Shown here: in pieces, positions 1 through 8,488 of the stretch
How positions within the stretch are numbered: position 1 is the stretch's first letter
Layout: each line of letters starts with the position of its first letter
Translations under genes and position numbers: made by a program
Notes under the pieces: generated by a model
What the model was told of the DNA's origin: nothing
Seen by the model: only the letters and a program-made list of their open reading frames with translations
The model's database searches: none
IMG/VR virus record: IMGVR_UViG_3300049846_000628
Coordinates: 62,001 to 126,000 of that record
Reading direction: 5' to 3' (one strand)
DNA: 64,000 nt

Positions 1-722
1 CCGACAACTTCCTTTCCATCTTTTTCTTTTGACTTACTAAGATATATGATAGTAGAAGCGGCGTACTTAAGACCGCTACCACCACCCATCTCCTTTGTAG
101 GAACATAAGCACCGATAACATCATAAGTATGGTTGGTAACAATCATAGGAATGTTTGCCTGCCCCAACTTCAAAGTGAGCATACGGAAAGCACCTTTCAC
201 AAGTTGCGATTTAGTCATATCACGAACTTGCTTGTCGTTGAGTGCGTCAGTAATTTCTTTCTCAGTTGAAAGCATACCCAAAGAATCCAACACAAACATA
301 CAAGGTTTGCGTTCACCTTCAGGTTTCTTAAGGTAAATATCCACCGCTTTGAGTGCCTTACCACGGAACTCTTCTACGGTGACAACATTAACCACGACAA
401 GACGAGATGTGTCGATGCCGCGTGACTCCAAGAGTGATTTGGTAATAGCGGCTTCAGTATCAAAGTAGAGACAATACCCATCGGGGTTATTATCAAGAAA
501 ATTCTTAACCACGGCGAGAGAGAAAAAAGTTTTTCCAGTAGAAGACTCTCCAGCAATAGCAGTAATCTTATTCCCAGATACGCCGCCAAATATGCTACCT
601 GAAACCAGTGCATTAAAAATGTATGAACCCGTATCAACATAAGTCTCAGTCTCATCAATATCAGATGCTAGTTTGGTGTACTCTCCACCAACTTCTTTTA
701 CAATTTCTTTAAGAAAATCCAT
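1..722 (-). CDS. uvsX: RecA-like recombinase UvsX, 5' part (runs off the left edge)
   Basis: Hand translation from ATG at 722 gives [47 protein letters not shown]..., with Walker [16 protein letters not shown] and VLDSL. It overlaps the gp43 stop (TAATG). The ORF track misses it because it is truncated. Confidence 0.95.
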   Translation of the reverse strand, partial: MDFLKEIVKEVGGEYTKLASDIDETETYVDTGSYIFNALVSGSIFGGVSGNKITAIAGESSTGKTFFSLAVVKNFLDNNPDGYCLYFDTEAAITKSLLESRGIDTSRLVVVNVVTVEEFRGKALKAVDIYLKKPEGERKPCMFVLDSLGMLSTEKEITDALNDKQVRDMTKSQLVKGAFRMLTLKLGQANIPMIVTNHTYDVIGAYVPTKEMGGGSGLKYAASTIIYLSKSKEKDGKEVV

Positions 723-3223
723 TAGGCAAAAAATAAATCAAGGTTTACAGTTTTTTCTACGTTCCATCCAATTGAATCAAGAATTGATTTCAATGGATCC
801 ACAAAACTCTTTTCAAATTGTAGTTCATAGTCAATGTATTTGTCAAGACCAAGTTCTTTTGGAAAATCTTGGATGAAAGAAATTACATTCTCCTGAATTA
901 TATTTGGTTTTTTCAAGAAAATGAACTTGACTTTCTCGCCATTATTAATAAGTGAATATTTATTAGTCAGTTTTTTCTCCTTTATATAATGATTAAAGAG
1001 AAGTGCTCCACGAATATGAATGGGAGTTTTGGGGGCATAAATTGTTGATGATGCTTGATACTTCCTAACATCAGAAGCAGTTCTTGGAAAAGCAATTTGT
1101 TCTGGAGGAAGTGCTTTAAATTCTTTACGACATTTTTCAATAAAGTCAATTACATCTTCTTCAGTTCCACTCATCATAAGTTTTAACCCATCCTTAATCA
1201 TTTGGCGACAAGGAGCTGGGGTTGATGATTTGACTGCCTCAATACCCATCATCTTCAGTTTGGGTTCTTCATACCGAACACCTTCACTATCCCACACGTT
1301 CAGAATGTAACGCTTTTTAGCAGTCCAGATTCCACGCTCAGCAATATTCTCACGCTTCATCTGCATCTTCTGATCGTATGCATTCACATACTCAGCCAGT
1401 TCTTGGTAGCAACTCTCAATATACTTCTCAAGTTCCACCTGACAGATCTTATCAAGGAACGAAACAACGCCTTCAGTAGTTTTCTCTCTTCCTTCGTATA
1501 CACGGTCAACCAAAGGACCCATATTGAGGTAGATAGAATCAGTATCTGAAGCAATAACATAATCAACTCCATCAGTTTTGAGAATCTTGTTTAGATAGGC
1601 ATTCATCTTGTTCTCAATCCAACGAATAGAAACCTGACCAGACAAGGTGATTGCCTCAGCATTTGCTAGTTTGTAATAACGGAAATACTGATTGCCGATA
1701 GCACCATAAGCAGAGTTAAGTTGAATCTTCCTCGCCATTTGGATGTTGTTGCACCGAGCAATCTCTTTTTCCAATTCCTTTGTCTTTTTCTTTTCATACT
1801 CTTGCTTTGCTACAAGCATTTTCTTTTTGTAGATGGTGCGATCTTCATAAATTTTTTGCATTAGTTCTGGAAGGAATCCACGAACATCCTTTCGGAACAT
1901 TGCACCATTCGCACAAACTGCCTTATCCTTATACAGTTCAAATGTAATTTCTTGATTAAGAATCTTATCAACAGTTACATTTGGATGCCTTTCCTCCAGA
2001 AGAGTTTCTGGTGAAATATTGTACTGCATAATGAGATGAGGATATAGGGAGTTAAGATCAAAAGAGACAACCCAATCATACTTCCCTGGAATCGGTTCTT
2101 TAACGTAGGCACCTGCATACTTAGAATCTTTGTCCGAACGTTCTTTTGGAGGAATCACAATATTCCTCTTTTTCAAATAATTGTAAATGATAGTATCCCA
2201 CATCCTAACCTGCGAAAACACATCAGCATAGTTTGCTTTAGCGTCGTAAGCCATTGTGATTGCAAGTTCAATCAGTTTCATCTTGTCTTCCAAACGGTCA
2301 ACAAGTTCCACGTCAACGATGTTGTACTCTACAAACTTCTGCCATCCTTTAGTATAGAAATCTTTGAATGTATCAAACTCAGAGTGATCTAGTTTCTTTT
2401 GCCCAAGTTCTACACTAGCAATGTAATCCAAACGATAAGATTCCTGCGCCTTATAAGTAAACTTCTTATAAAGATTCAGATAATCAAGCTGAGTAATCCC
2501 ACCAACATCGTAGGAAATATGCTTTCGCCCTGCAATATAAATCTCACTCTCAGTCACAAGACCCCAAGGAGACATACGCTTCATCAGTTTTTCACCCAGA
2601 ACACGATCCAGGCGACGAACCAAATACGGGATATCGTACAGTTCACTATTCCATCCAGTTACAACTTCTGGAGTATTTTCTTCAATCATCCACCAGTTGA
2701 TAAAATCATTCAGTAGATCATATTCTGTGGAAAAGGAACGGTACTCAACATTCTTTTGTTTATTTTGAAAAGGACCTTTTCCCCAAGTGCGAATCTTTTT
2801 AGAAGAATAATCTTGAATGGTAATCAAAAGAACTTCCTCTGCAGCAGATTCCACATCAGGGAATCCATTCTCAGAAGCAACCTCAATATCAAGAGTTGTA
2901 ACCTTGATCTTATTGATATCAAATCTCAGTTCTTCTTCAGGATACATCTCAGAAATATATTGATAGATGTATCCTGTATTACCATAGATTTTAAAGTTTT
3001 CTACGCCCTCATACTTTTTAATAAATTCACGACAGTCACGAACAGAACCAGGTTGAACTGATTCAACATAATCCCCACTTAGAGTCTGATATTTAGTTTT
3101 CTTATTAGAAGGAACAAAAAGAGTCGGGTTAAACTTCTCACGGGTCATAAAGTGTTTACCATCTTCATAACCACGGACTAGGAAGTGATCCCCGACCATT
3201 TGGACGTTTGTATAAAATCGCAT
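722..3223 (-). CDS. gp43: Family B DNA polymerase (T4 gp43-like)
   Basis: 833 aa; exonuclease motif DIEV, polymerase motifs [19 protein letters not shown] and ASDTDSIY. Normal length, no intein. Confidence 0.98.
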   Translation of the reverse strand: MRFYTNVQMVGDHFLVRGYEDGKHFMTREKFNPTLFVPSNKKTKYQTLSGDYVESVQPGSVRDCREFIKKYEGVENFKIYGNTGYIYQYISEMYPEEELRFDINKIKVTTLDIEVASENGFPDVESAAEEVLLITIQDYSSKKIRTWGKGPFQNKQKNVEYRSFSTEYDLLNDFINWWMIEENTPEVVTGWNSELYDIPYLVRRLDRVLGEKLMKRMSPWGLVTESEIYIAGRKHISYDVGGITQLDYLNLYKKFTYKAQESYRLDYIASVELGQKKLDHSEFDTFKDFYTKGWQKFVEYNIVDVELVDRLEDKMKLIELAITMAYDAKANYADVFSQVRMWDTIIYNYLKKRNIVIPPKERSDKDSKYAGAYVKEPIPGKYDWVVSFDLNSLYPHLIMQYNISPETLLEERHPNVTVDKILNQEITFELYKDKAVCANGAMFRKDVRGFLPELMQKIYEDRTIYKKKMLVAKQEYEKKKTKELEKEIARCNNIQMARKIQLNSAYGAIGNQYFRYYKLANAEAITLSGQVSIRWIENKMNAYLNKILKTDGVDYVIASDTDSIYLNMGPLVDRVYEGREKTTEGVVSFLDKICQVELEKYIESCYQELAEYVNAYDQKMQMKRENIAERGIWTAKKRYILNVWDSEGVRYEEPKLKMMGIEAVKSSTPAPCRQMIKDGLKLMMSGTEEDVIDFIEKCRKEFKALPPEQIAFPRTASDVRKYQASSTIYAPKTPIHIRGALLFNHYIKEKKLTNKYSLINNGEKVKFIFLKKPNIIQENVISFIQDFPKELGLDKYIDYELQFEKSFVDPLKSILDSIGWNVEKTVNLDLFFA

Positions 3224-3477
3224 TATGCAGTCAATTCAAGATACTTTTCAACAATGTCTTCTTTAGGATCAACGATAGTCAAAATACTATCGGAATGAAT
3301 CATCATTTCTCTTTGATCTGTTACATCAGGCCAAGGAGTGAGATTTCCCTCAGCATCAATTTTAAATGGATTCACAAGTTTACAATCTGGTTCTCCAAGT
3401 TCAGAACCAACTTCAATAATTTCAGTGATAATTACGTTATCAACTTTCAGTAAAAGACACTTGACTTTCTTGCCCAT
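3223..3477 (-). CDS. Small hypothetical protein, probable Sm-like beta fold; paralog of 3440-3772 and 19971-20378
   Basis: 84 aa; shares the K-x-L-L-L-K...NP...PW...I-x-x-D-x-I-x-T pattern with the two paralogs; translationally coupled to gp43. Confidence 0.75.
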   Translation of the reverse strand: MGKKVKCLLLKVDNVIITEIIEVGSELGEPDCKLVNPFKIDAEGNLTPWPDVTDQREMMIHSDSILTIVDPKEDIVEKYLELTA

Positions 3478-3772
3478 TTACTTTCTCCTCATACATTTCT
3501 TTAATAGTTTGGACTGGTTCCACAATAGTAACAACCCAATCTGGTGGAACTGGAATTTGAGTATCACTGGTTAAGACAATCCAGGGAGACAAAGAAACCT
3601 CAAGGTCTCCACTTGTACTCTCATTCTCCTCAACAAGAAGAACTGTTTTCCTAACCTCAACTTTATGTGGGTTTGTAAACAAGTACCCACATACTACATC
3701 ATCAGCAATGAGTTCTTTTGCATCAGAAATTACGGTTTCACCAGACTTTAATAGTGCTAATTTAATGGACAT
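3440..3772 (-). CDS. Small hypothetical protein, probable Sm-like beta fold
   Basis: 110 aa; IKLALLKSGE...TNP...LSPW...VPPDWVVTIVEP; a sigma70 promoter lies just upstream. Confidence 0.8.
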   Translation of the reverse strand: MSIKLALLKSGETVISDAKELIADDVVCGYLFTNPHKVEVRKTVLLVEENESTSGDLEVSLSPWIVLTSDTQIPVPPDWVVTIVEPVQTIKEMYEEKVNGQESQVSFTES

Positions 3773-3794
3773 TTTTCCGAATATTCCTCAAGTC

Positions 3795-3823
3795 ATTATA
3801 GCAATAAAAAGGGGAGGCGTCAA
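3795..3823 (-). promoter_or_regulatory. Sigma70-type promoter TTGACG-N17-TATAAT
   Basis: -35 at 3823-3818, exact 17-nt spacer, -10 at 3800-3795; 23 nt upstream of the 3772 start codon. Confidence 0.75.
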
Positions 3824-3846
3824 CTGGATTTTGCCAGTTGCCTCCC
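3806..3846 (-). terminator. Intrinsic terminator (long bulged stem plus U-tract)
   Basis: Minus strand GGGAGG-CAACTGG-caaaat-CCAGTTG-acg-CCTCCC followed by CTTTTTATT. Confidence 0.75.
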
Positions 3847-3870
3847 TGCGCCGACGATATTCAAATCTAT

Positions 3871-4032
3871 TTATTCCTCATCCCCTCCAGCACTAGAGGA
3901 AGATCTCTTAGCACAAGCCTTTCCCCCAGGAGCCATAGCATAAGGAATTACCTTATAGCATTTAACCTTTGTTTTTTGTGGTGGATTTCCAAAGTCACCC
4001 ACCTTTTCCATAAACTGCTGGAAGGTTTTCAT
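3871..4032 (-). CDS. 53-aa ORF with a capsid-targeting-sequence-like N-terminus (not in ORF track)
   Basis: Hand translation MKTFQQFMEKVGDFGNPPQKTKVKCYKVIPYAMAPGGKACAKRSSSSAGGDEE*; late-promoter-like CTAAATA 13 nt upstream; fills the gap between hsp20 and the terminator. Confidence 0.75.
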   Translation of the reverse strand: MKTFQQFMEKVGDFGNPPQKTKVKCYKVIPYAMAPGGKACAKRSSSSAGGDEE

Positions 4033-4045
4033 TTGTTTTTTATTT

Positions 4046-4052
4046 TATTTAG
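4046..4052 (-). promoter_or_regulatory. Late promoter variant CTAAATA
   Basis: Overlaps the hsp20 stop codon, upstream of the 53-aa ORF. Confidence 0.55.
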
Positions 4053-4483
4053 AGATAGTCCTTTCTAGCGTGATGTTCTGGAACTACTTTCCCAAGTACG
4101 ATCCGTAGAAGTCCGTCTTCAAATGTGACTTCGCGGACTTCTGTGTCGTCGGATAAAGTCCACGCTCGTTTAAAACTTCTGCTAGCCACTCCCTTGTGGA
4201 TAAACGTCCTATCCTTTTCGGAATCTGTTTTTTGTCCTTCGACAAAAAGCTTTCCATATTCTGTGAAAACATTTACATCTCCTTTCTTAAAACCTGCGAG
4301 TGCAATTTCTAAGTGTGACTCAACATTATTTACCTGAACAAGATTATAAGGTGGGTAATTTGTTGTAGTTTCGTGAAGATTGAATAAGCGATCGAAATAT
4401 TCATCCATTCCAATGCTATTACGTGTGATCCTCTCCATTAGAGATGGAAGATCTGCAGCAGTATACCTTGTGAGGTTAGTCAT
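4049..4483 (-). CDS. hsp20: Small heat-shock protein (Hsp20/alpha-crystallin family)
   Basis: NYPPYN, LEIALAGF, FKRAWTLSD and FEDGLLRI motifs. Start moved to MTNLTRY (4483) because AAGGAG lies at 4497-4492. Confidence 0.95.
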   Translation of the reverse strand: MTNLTRYTAADLPSLMERITRNSIGMDEYFDRLFNLHETTTNYPPYNLVQVNNVESHLEIALAGFKKGDVNVFTEYGKLFVEGQKTDSEKDRTFIHKGVASRSFKRAWTLSDDTEVREVTFEDGLLRIVLGKVVPEHHARKDYL

Positions 4484-4559
4484 TATGGTAGCTCCTTTAA
4501 AAGCGAGTTTGTGTTTTGTGGACCCTTTCGGCATCCATTATTAATTATACAACAAACAT

Positions 4560-4585
4560 AAAAAAAGCGGGTGTTGAAACCCGCT
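4560..4585 (-). terminator. Intrinsic terminator after regA
   Basis: AGCGGGT-6nt-ACCCGCT stem followed by a T-tract on the minus strand; TATAAT (4549-4544) follows and could drive hsp20. Confidence 0.75.
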
Positions 4586-4590
4586 CTTTA

Positions 4591-5031
4591 TTATTCGGCA
4601 TCCTCTACCTTTTTCTTCTTCGCACCAATGTTATACTTGGTCTCTAGAATCCAATCTCCTTTGTCCTTGTAAGCAAGAACTTTAATTTGATTCAAAGGAG
4701 CAATATCTTGAATCTTAGTAACATCTACAATCTCAATCAGACCCCAATCAGCAAGAAGTTGGGCGATACGATTGCGACGCTGAACATCATTCACAGTCAG
4801 GTTTGCGTGCTTACCGTCCAGGGCAAACAGTTCCTTAAAGTGAACGAGATAATATCTACCTTGCTTGTGCAGAATATGACAAGATTGATAGATTTTCTTT
4901 TCCTTTCTTGAAGCAACTCCGATACGAGTCAAAGTTTCACGCACTTTCAAAAAGTCATCAGGTTCATTAAGAACCACTTCCACCATTTGATCGGGTGCCC
5001 ACTTCACTTCGGGTTCTTGAACGACACTCAT
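4591..5031 (-). CDS. regA: Translational repressor RegA
   Basis: DDFLKVRETLTRIGVA, QSCHILHKQGRYYLVHFKELFALDG and RRNRIAQLLADWGL are RegA motifs; usual position after gp62. Confidence 0.95.
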   Translation of the reverse strand: MSVVQEPEVKWAPDQMVEVVLNEPDDFLKVRETLTRIGVASRKEKKIYQSCHILHKQGRYYLVHFKELFALDGKHANLTVNDVQRRNRIAQLLADWGLIEIVDVTKIQDIAPLNQIKVLAYKDKGDWILETKYNIGAKKKKVEDAE

Positions 5032-5408
5032 TTTGTTCCTCCAGTTTCAAATTTCGATTTAATAAAAGTAAGTTGTTCTTTAGTAAGAATCCTCAAAGCT
5101 TGTTTTGCCTTTTCATTACTATAACCATAATAACGTTTGACATAATCAAGGTCTTTGATTGTATCTTTTCGGAGCCAAGGAGAAAACCTCTTCTTGATCC
5201 TCAGACTATTTATAAAAAAGTCATACTGCAGTTTCTTTGGGAGGAAATGATATCTATTCATTTCATTGGCGTACATAATACAATCAATGTGACCAGAAAG
5301 GCACCGATTGATGATATACGGAGCGTATTCTTTTTCAAGTGAAGGGTCTTCATCAATCAGATGTTTTTTCGTCTGATTGATCGAGTTTAACCAGTCCTTT
5401 AATTCCAT
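5028..5408 (-). CDS. gp62: Clamp loader small subunit
   Basis: 126 aa; YAPYIINRCLS, ANEMN and YYGYSNEKAKQAL; directly upstream of regA. Confidence 0.9.
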   Translation of the reverse strand: MELKDWLNSINQTKKHLIDEDPSLEKEYAPYIINRCLSGHIDCIMYANEMNRYHFLPKKLQYDFFINSLRIKKRFSPWLRKDTIKDLDYVKRYYGYSNEKAKQALRILTKEQLTFIKSKFETGGTK

Positions 5409-6228
5409 AATTAAAAAGCAGTAATTCTTTACGGTGTTTTTGGTCTCTCATATACTCACCAACGGAACGCATCGTATAAGTCAAATCAAACTCTGCAGCG
5501 TTCCAGTTCTTAAAACGATCCTTTACAAGTTGATCTGAGTTATAACTAATCAATTGATGCATAGGATAACGAAAATCACAATCAGCAGCAAACTTATCGT
5601 GATCAAATCTTTTATGCATTGATCCCTTGTGCCCATAGAGATTATCCTTAATATCATAAGGAGGATCGAGATACACAAAAGCACTAGTGTCTCCATCCAG
5701 AAGATAATCGTATGAGTAATTAGTTATACGCCACTTTGAAATCAACGAAGAATACGCAGGCAGTTTTTCGATCCCTCGCAGACTGAAGTTGGCGTTGGAT
5801 GCTTGTGGTGAAAATGATGAACTCTCCGTGAGACCGCTGAAACTACACTTATTAACAACATAGAAAGCCACAGCACGATCAAGATTTGATAGAGTTTGAT
5901 CATTGACGTGCTCCTTTGACTTTAGAAAAAGTTCTTTAGCAAGTTCAGGAGTATTGTATGCAAGTTTGAGGTCAACTAGTTCATTTTTTAGATCATTACC
6001 AAATATCTGGAGTTGCTGCCAGAAGTTTACAAGCGGTTCATAAAGATCATTCACCCAAATATCTAGGCTAGGGTACTTCTTTGTGATATGAATCGCAACA
6101 CTTCCACCACCAAGAAAAGGTTCACGAAACTCATTATAGTTGCGGAGATCTGGAAAGTAAGGTCCCATCTTTTCACAAGCACGGGACTTACCACCAGGAT
6201 AACGAAGAGGGGTTTTCAAAGATTTCAT
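5353..6228 (-). CDS. dam: DNA N6-adenine methyltransferase (Dam/D12 class)
   Basis: PLRYPGGKS, EPFLGGGSV (motif I) and VYLDPPY (motif IV). Confidence 0.93.
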   Translation of the reverse strand: MKSLKTPLRYPGGKSRACEKMGPYFPDLRNYNEFREPFLGGGSVAIHITKKYPSLDIWVNDLYEPLVNFWQQLQIFGNDLKNELVDLKLAYNTPELAKELFLKSKEHVNDQTLSNLDRAVAFYVVNKCSFSGLTESSSFSPQASNANFSLRGIEKLPAYSSLISKWRITNYSYDYLLDGDTSAFVYLDPPYDIKDNLYGHKGSMHKRFDHDKFAADCDFRYPMHQLISYNSDQLVKDRFKNWNAAEFDLTYTMRSVGEYMRDQKHRKELLLFNYGIKGLVKLDQSDEKTSD

Positions 6229-6743
6229 ACCGATTCCTCAATCAATTGATAAAGTTTAGCAGCAAAATCACCTTTATTCACTGGCGATACATTTTTTGCC
6301 AGAAAAGTAATATCACTATGGTTTACAGTAAATGCAACATTTGCATCTTTAAGTTTTGCATTTTTAATACAATCATCCCAAGAACAAATGCCAACACTAT
6401 AGTTTTTAGTATCCCAGAGAAGCATATAGTCAAATGTTTTTTCTGGAAGACCTAGATTTTTTCCTTGAAAATTTTTTAATGTAATTTCTTTTGTATATGG
6501 AACTTCTTTTTGGAAGATTCCATCCATACCTTTAGATTCATATGAAAGATTATCTAAAATTCCAATAAAATCCTTACCATTCTCACTATCACCAACATAT
6601 CGAAGTTGTCCACCACTATACTTAGCAATAGCGATTTCTTGAACTTCTGCCCTCAAAGGGCGTGTTTGATTTCGTTTAAGTCCATTAGTAGACTCAATAA
6701 CACCAAAAATTTCAGGAAAATTAAAAAGTTCAGGATTGATCAT
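6225..6743 (-). CDS. Hypothetical protein, possible PD-(D/E)xK nuclease
   Basis: 172 aa; E36 on a predicted helix, then D58 (GKDF) and E69-S-K71; coupled to dam by a 4-nt overlap. Confidence 0.5.
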   Translation of the reverse strand: MINPELFNFPEIFGVIESTNGLKRNQTRPLRAEVQEIAIAKYSGGQLRYVGDSENGKDFIGILDNLSYESKGMDGIFQKEVPYTKEITLKNFQGKNLGLPEKTFDYMLLWDTKNYSVGICSWDDCIKNAKLKDANVAFTVNHSDITFLAKNVSPVNKGDFAAKLYQLIEESV

Positions 6744-6939
6744 AATCAGGTTGGTTATACTTCAAGTATTCAAAAAATGTAAGTTTCATTTCTTTCTGAG
6801 TCATACCACAATGCTTTGCAGCAGCAGGAAGAGTCATCTTTGCGCGAAACAATGCTTCATTTGCTTCCCTAACGTTCTCTGGAGTAGTCTTGACTTTATC
6901 TTCCTTTAGAGACTTATAATCAATTTTATAAGGATTCAT
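6730..6939 (-). CDS. Small hypothetical protein, possible helix-turn-helix
   Basis: 69 aa; MTLPAAAKHCGMTQKEMK is HTH-like; ATGA overlap with the gp44 stop. Confidence 0.65.
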   Translation of the reverse strand: MNPYKIDYKSLKEDKVKTTPENVREANEALFRAKMTLPAAAKHCGMTQKEMKLTFFEYLKYNQPDYDQS

Positions 6940-7895
6940 ACAAATTCACACTCCACCATTATTTCAGTCAGACAAGCAAGAAGATTTATTTCCTGGTCAG
7001 CAACGAAACAACACTGGTATTGGTACTTAGCAATAATAAGAACGGCAGCAGGGATAGACTGGGGTGAAAGGCAATCATAAGCGGTGTCATAAATCCTGCG
7101 AAGTAGACTAGAAGCATCGTTATCCAAGTTGGAGACCACCCACTTTCTGACTTCAGAAAAGTTTTTATCTTTGAGATTTTTAATAAGTTCATTTACACTA
7201 ACATCAGAAAAAGTTGCAAGAATTCCACTATCAATCTTTCCTCCTGCAGAGTACCTCTGAAGAGTATTGAGAAGTTGCCTTGTATCTGGAAAATAGTTTT
7301 TAATGAGTTCTGCTACAACTTTTTTATCATACCCAACTTTTTCCTCATCAAGAATATGAGACATTCTATTAAAAATAGAAAGCATCAACTCAGGTTTTTC
7401 ATTCTTTGGAATGGGGGTGTATTTAAGAACAACACACCTTGATTGAATTGGTTCAATAATCTTGTTTAGATTATTACAAGTAAAAATAAAACAAACATTA
7501 TTGTGAAGTTGTTCAATTACGCCACGAAGACAGAGCATCACATCATTAGTTGTTCCATCAAACTCGTCAAAAAATACGACCTTTTTCTTATCATTAAACA
7601 TAGAAACAGTTGTTCCAAAGTTAATGACTTGATTGCGAATAGTATCCAAATACCTCCCTTCAGATGAACCATTCAAAAACAAAACATCTTGTTTAGTAAT
7701 CTTACAGAGAGTTTTGATTGTTTGAGTTTTTCCACACCCTTGGGAACCTTGAAGAATAAGATTTTGATTTAGTTGTCCTTCATCTACTACATTAGTAAAA
7801 AACTCTTTTACGCTTTTAGTAAGAATCAAATCTTCAACAGATTCTGGTGCCCAACGCTCAACCCAGAGAAATGGTTTTTTATCAGTCAGTTCCAT
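6936..7895 (-). CDS. gp44: Clamp loader large subunit (AAA+)
   Basis: Walker A GSQGCGKT, Walker B FFDEFD, SRC motif, C-terminal KYQYQ...VADQEINLLACLTEIM. Confidence 0.95.
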   Translation of the reverse strand: MELTDKKPFLWVERWAPESVEDLILTKSVKEFFTNVVDEGQLNQNLILQGSQGCGKTQTIKTLCKITKQDVLFLNGSSEGRYLDTIRNQVINFGTTVSMFNDKKKVVFFDEFDGTTNDVMLCLRGVIEQLHNNVCFIFTCNNLNKIIEPIQSRCVVLKYTPIPKNEKPELMLSIFNRMSHILDEEKVGYDKKVVAELIKNYFPDTRQLLNTLQRYSAGGKIDSGILATFSDVSVNELIKNLKDKNFSEVRKWVVSNLDNDASSLLRRIYDTAYDCLSPQSIPAAVLIIAKYQYQCCFVADQEINLLACLTEIMVECEFV

Positions 7896-7911
7896 ATCAA
7901 AAAAATAAAAA

Positions 7912-8445
7912 TCAAATGTAATAATAATTTGGGAACGATTTACTTCTCATTCTCCAACTTGCAGTATCCCGATGGATATCAAGTATTTTAGCACACTCTT
8001 TCACAGATTCATAAATGACTCCATCAACACAACATTTTTTACCCATAGATTTTGAAAGATTTTTTCTATGCTCTTCAGTAAAAGGAACTCCTTTTCTTGG
8101 ATGAGAATTTTTAGACCAATATTCTCTTTGCGATTCACGCATTTTATCAATAGAATCTTTAGTATGTTTGGTTCCCCATAAAGAATTCAATGAAGGTTTT
8201 AACCACTCACAATATTGTTGTTCTACTGATTTAATTTCTTCATCTTCGTGAATCCACTTGACTACTTCAATAGTAAAATTATGATACCCATACTTTAAAA
8301 AATTTTCATAAAGTTTAGGACAATCCATTTTATTAGAAGCACACATAGTTATATGTTTAGCAAATCTAAGCATATAATTTTTTTCAGTAGAACCTATGTA
8401 ATTTTCTCCCGTTATTTTGTTTCGTATTTGATAAACACAGTTCAT
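7912..8445 (-). mobile_element. Free-standing GIY-YIG homing endonuclease-like gene with NUMOD3-like and C-terminal HTH-like DNA-binding modules
   Basis: CVYQIRNKITGENYIGST; repeats KHTKDSIDKMRES and PFTEEHRKNLSKS; C-terminal IYESVKECAKILDIHRDTASWR; AT-rich; inserted among core genes. Confidence 0.88.
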
Positions 8446-8483
8446 TTACTAAACCTCGTAGTATAATACTATTTAGTAAATGA
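8442..8483 (-). promoter_or_regulatory. Start-codon-sequestering hairpin containing late promoter CTAAATA (8476-8470)
   Basis: 12-bp inverted repeat TCATTTACTAAA / TTTAGTAAATGA including the ATG, with an inner TAGTA/TACTA stem. Confidence 0.75.
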
Positions 8484-8488
8484 GTTAT

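Noticed and set aside
3780-4050. Possible tRNA or standalone ncRNA in the gap downstream of hsp20
   Set aside because: No cloverleaf or T-loop; the gap is explained by the 53-aa ORF, the terminator and the promoter.
4484-4534. 17-aa N-terminal extension of Hsp20 given by the ORF track
   Set aside because: The SD (AAGGAG) precedes the Met at 4483; the extension is better read as a structured 5' UTR.
5353-5408. 56-nt overlap between dam and gp62
   Set aside because: An ordinary compact-genome overlap with no slippery site or structure suggesting recoding.
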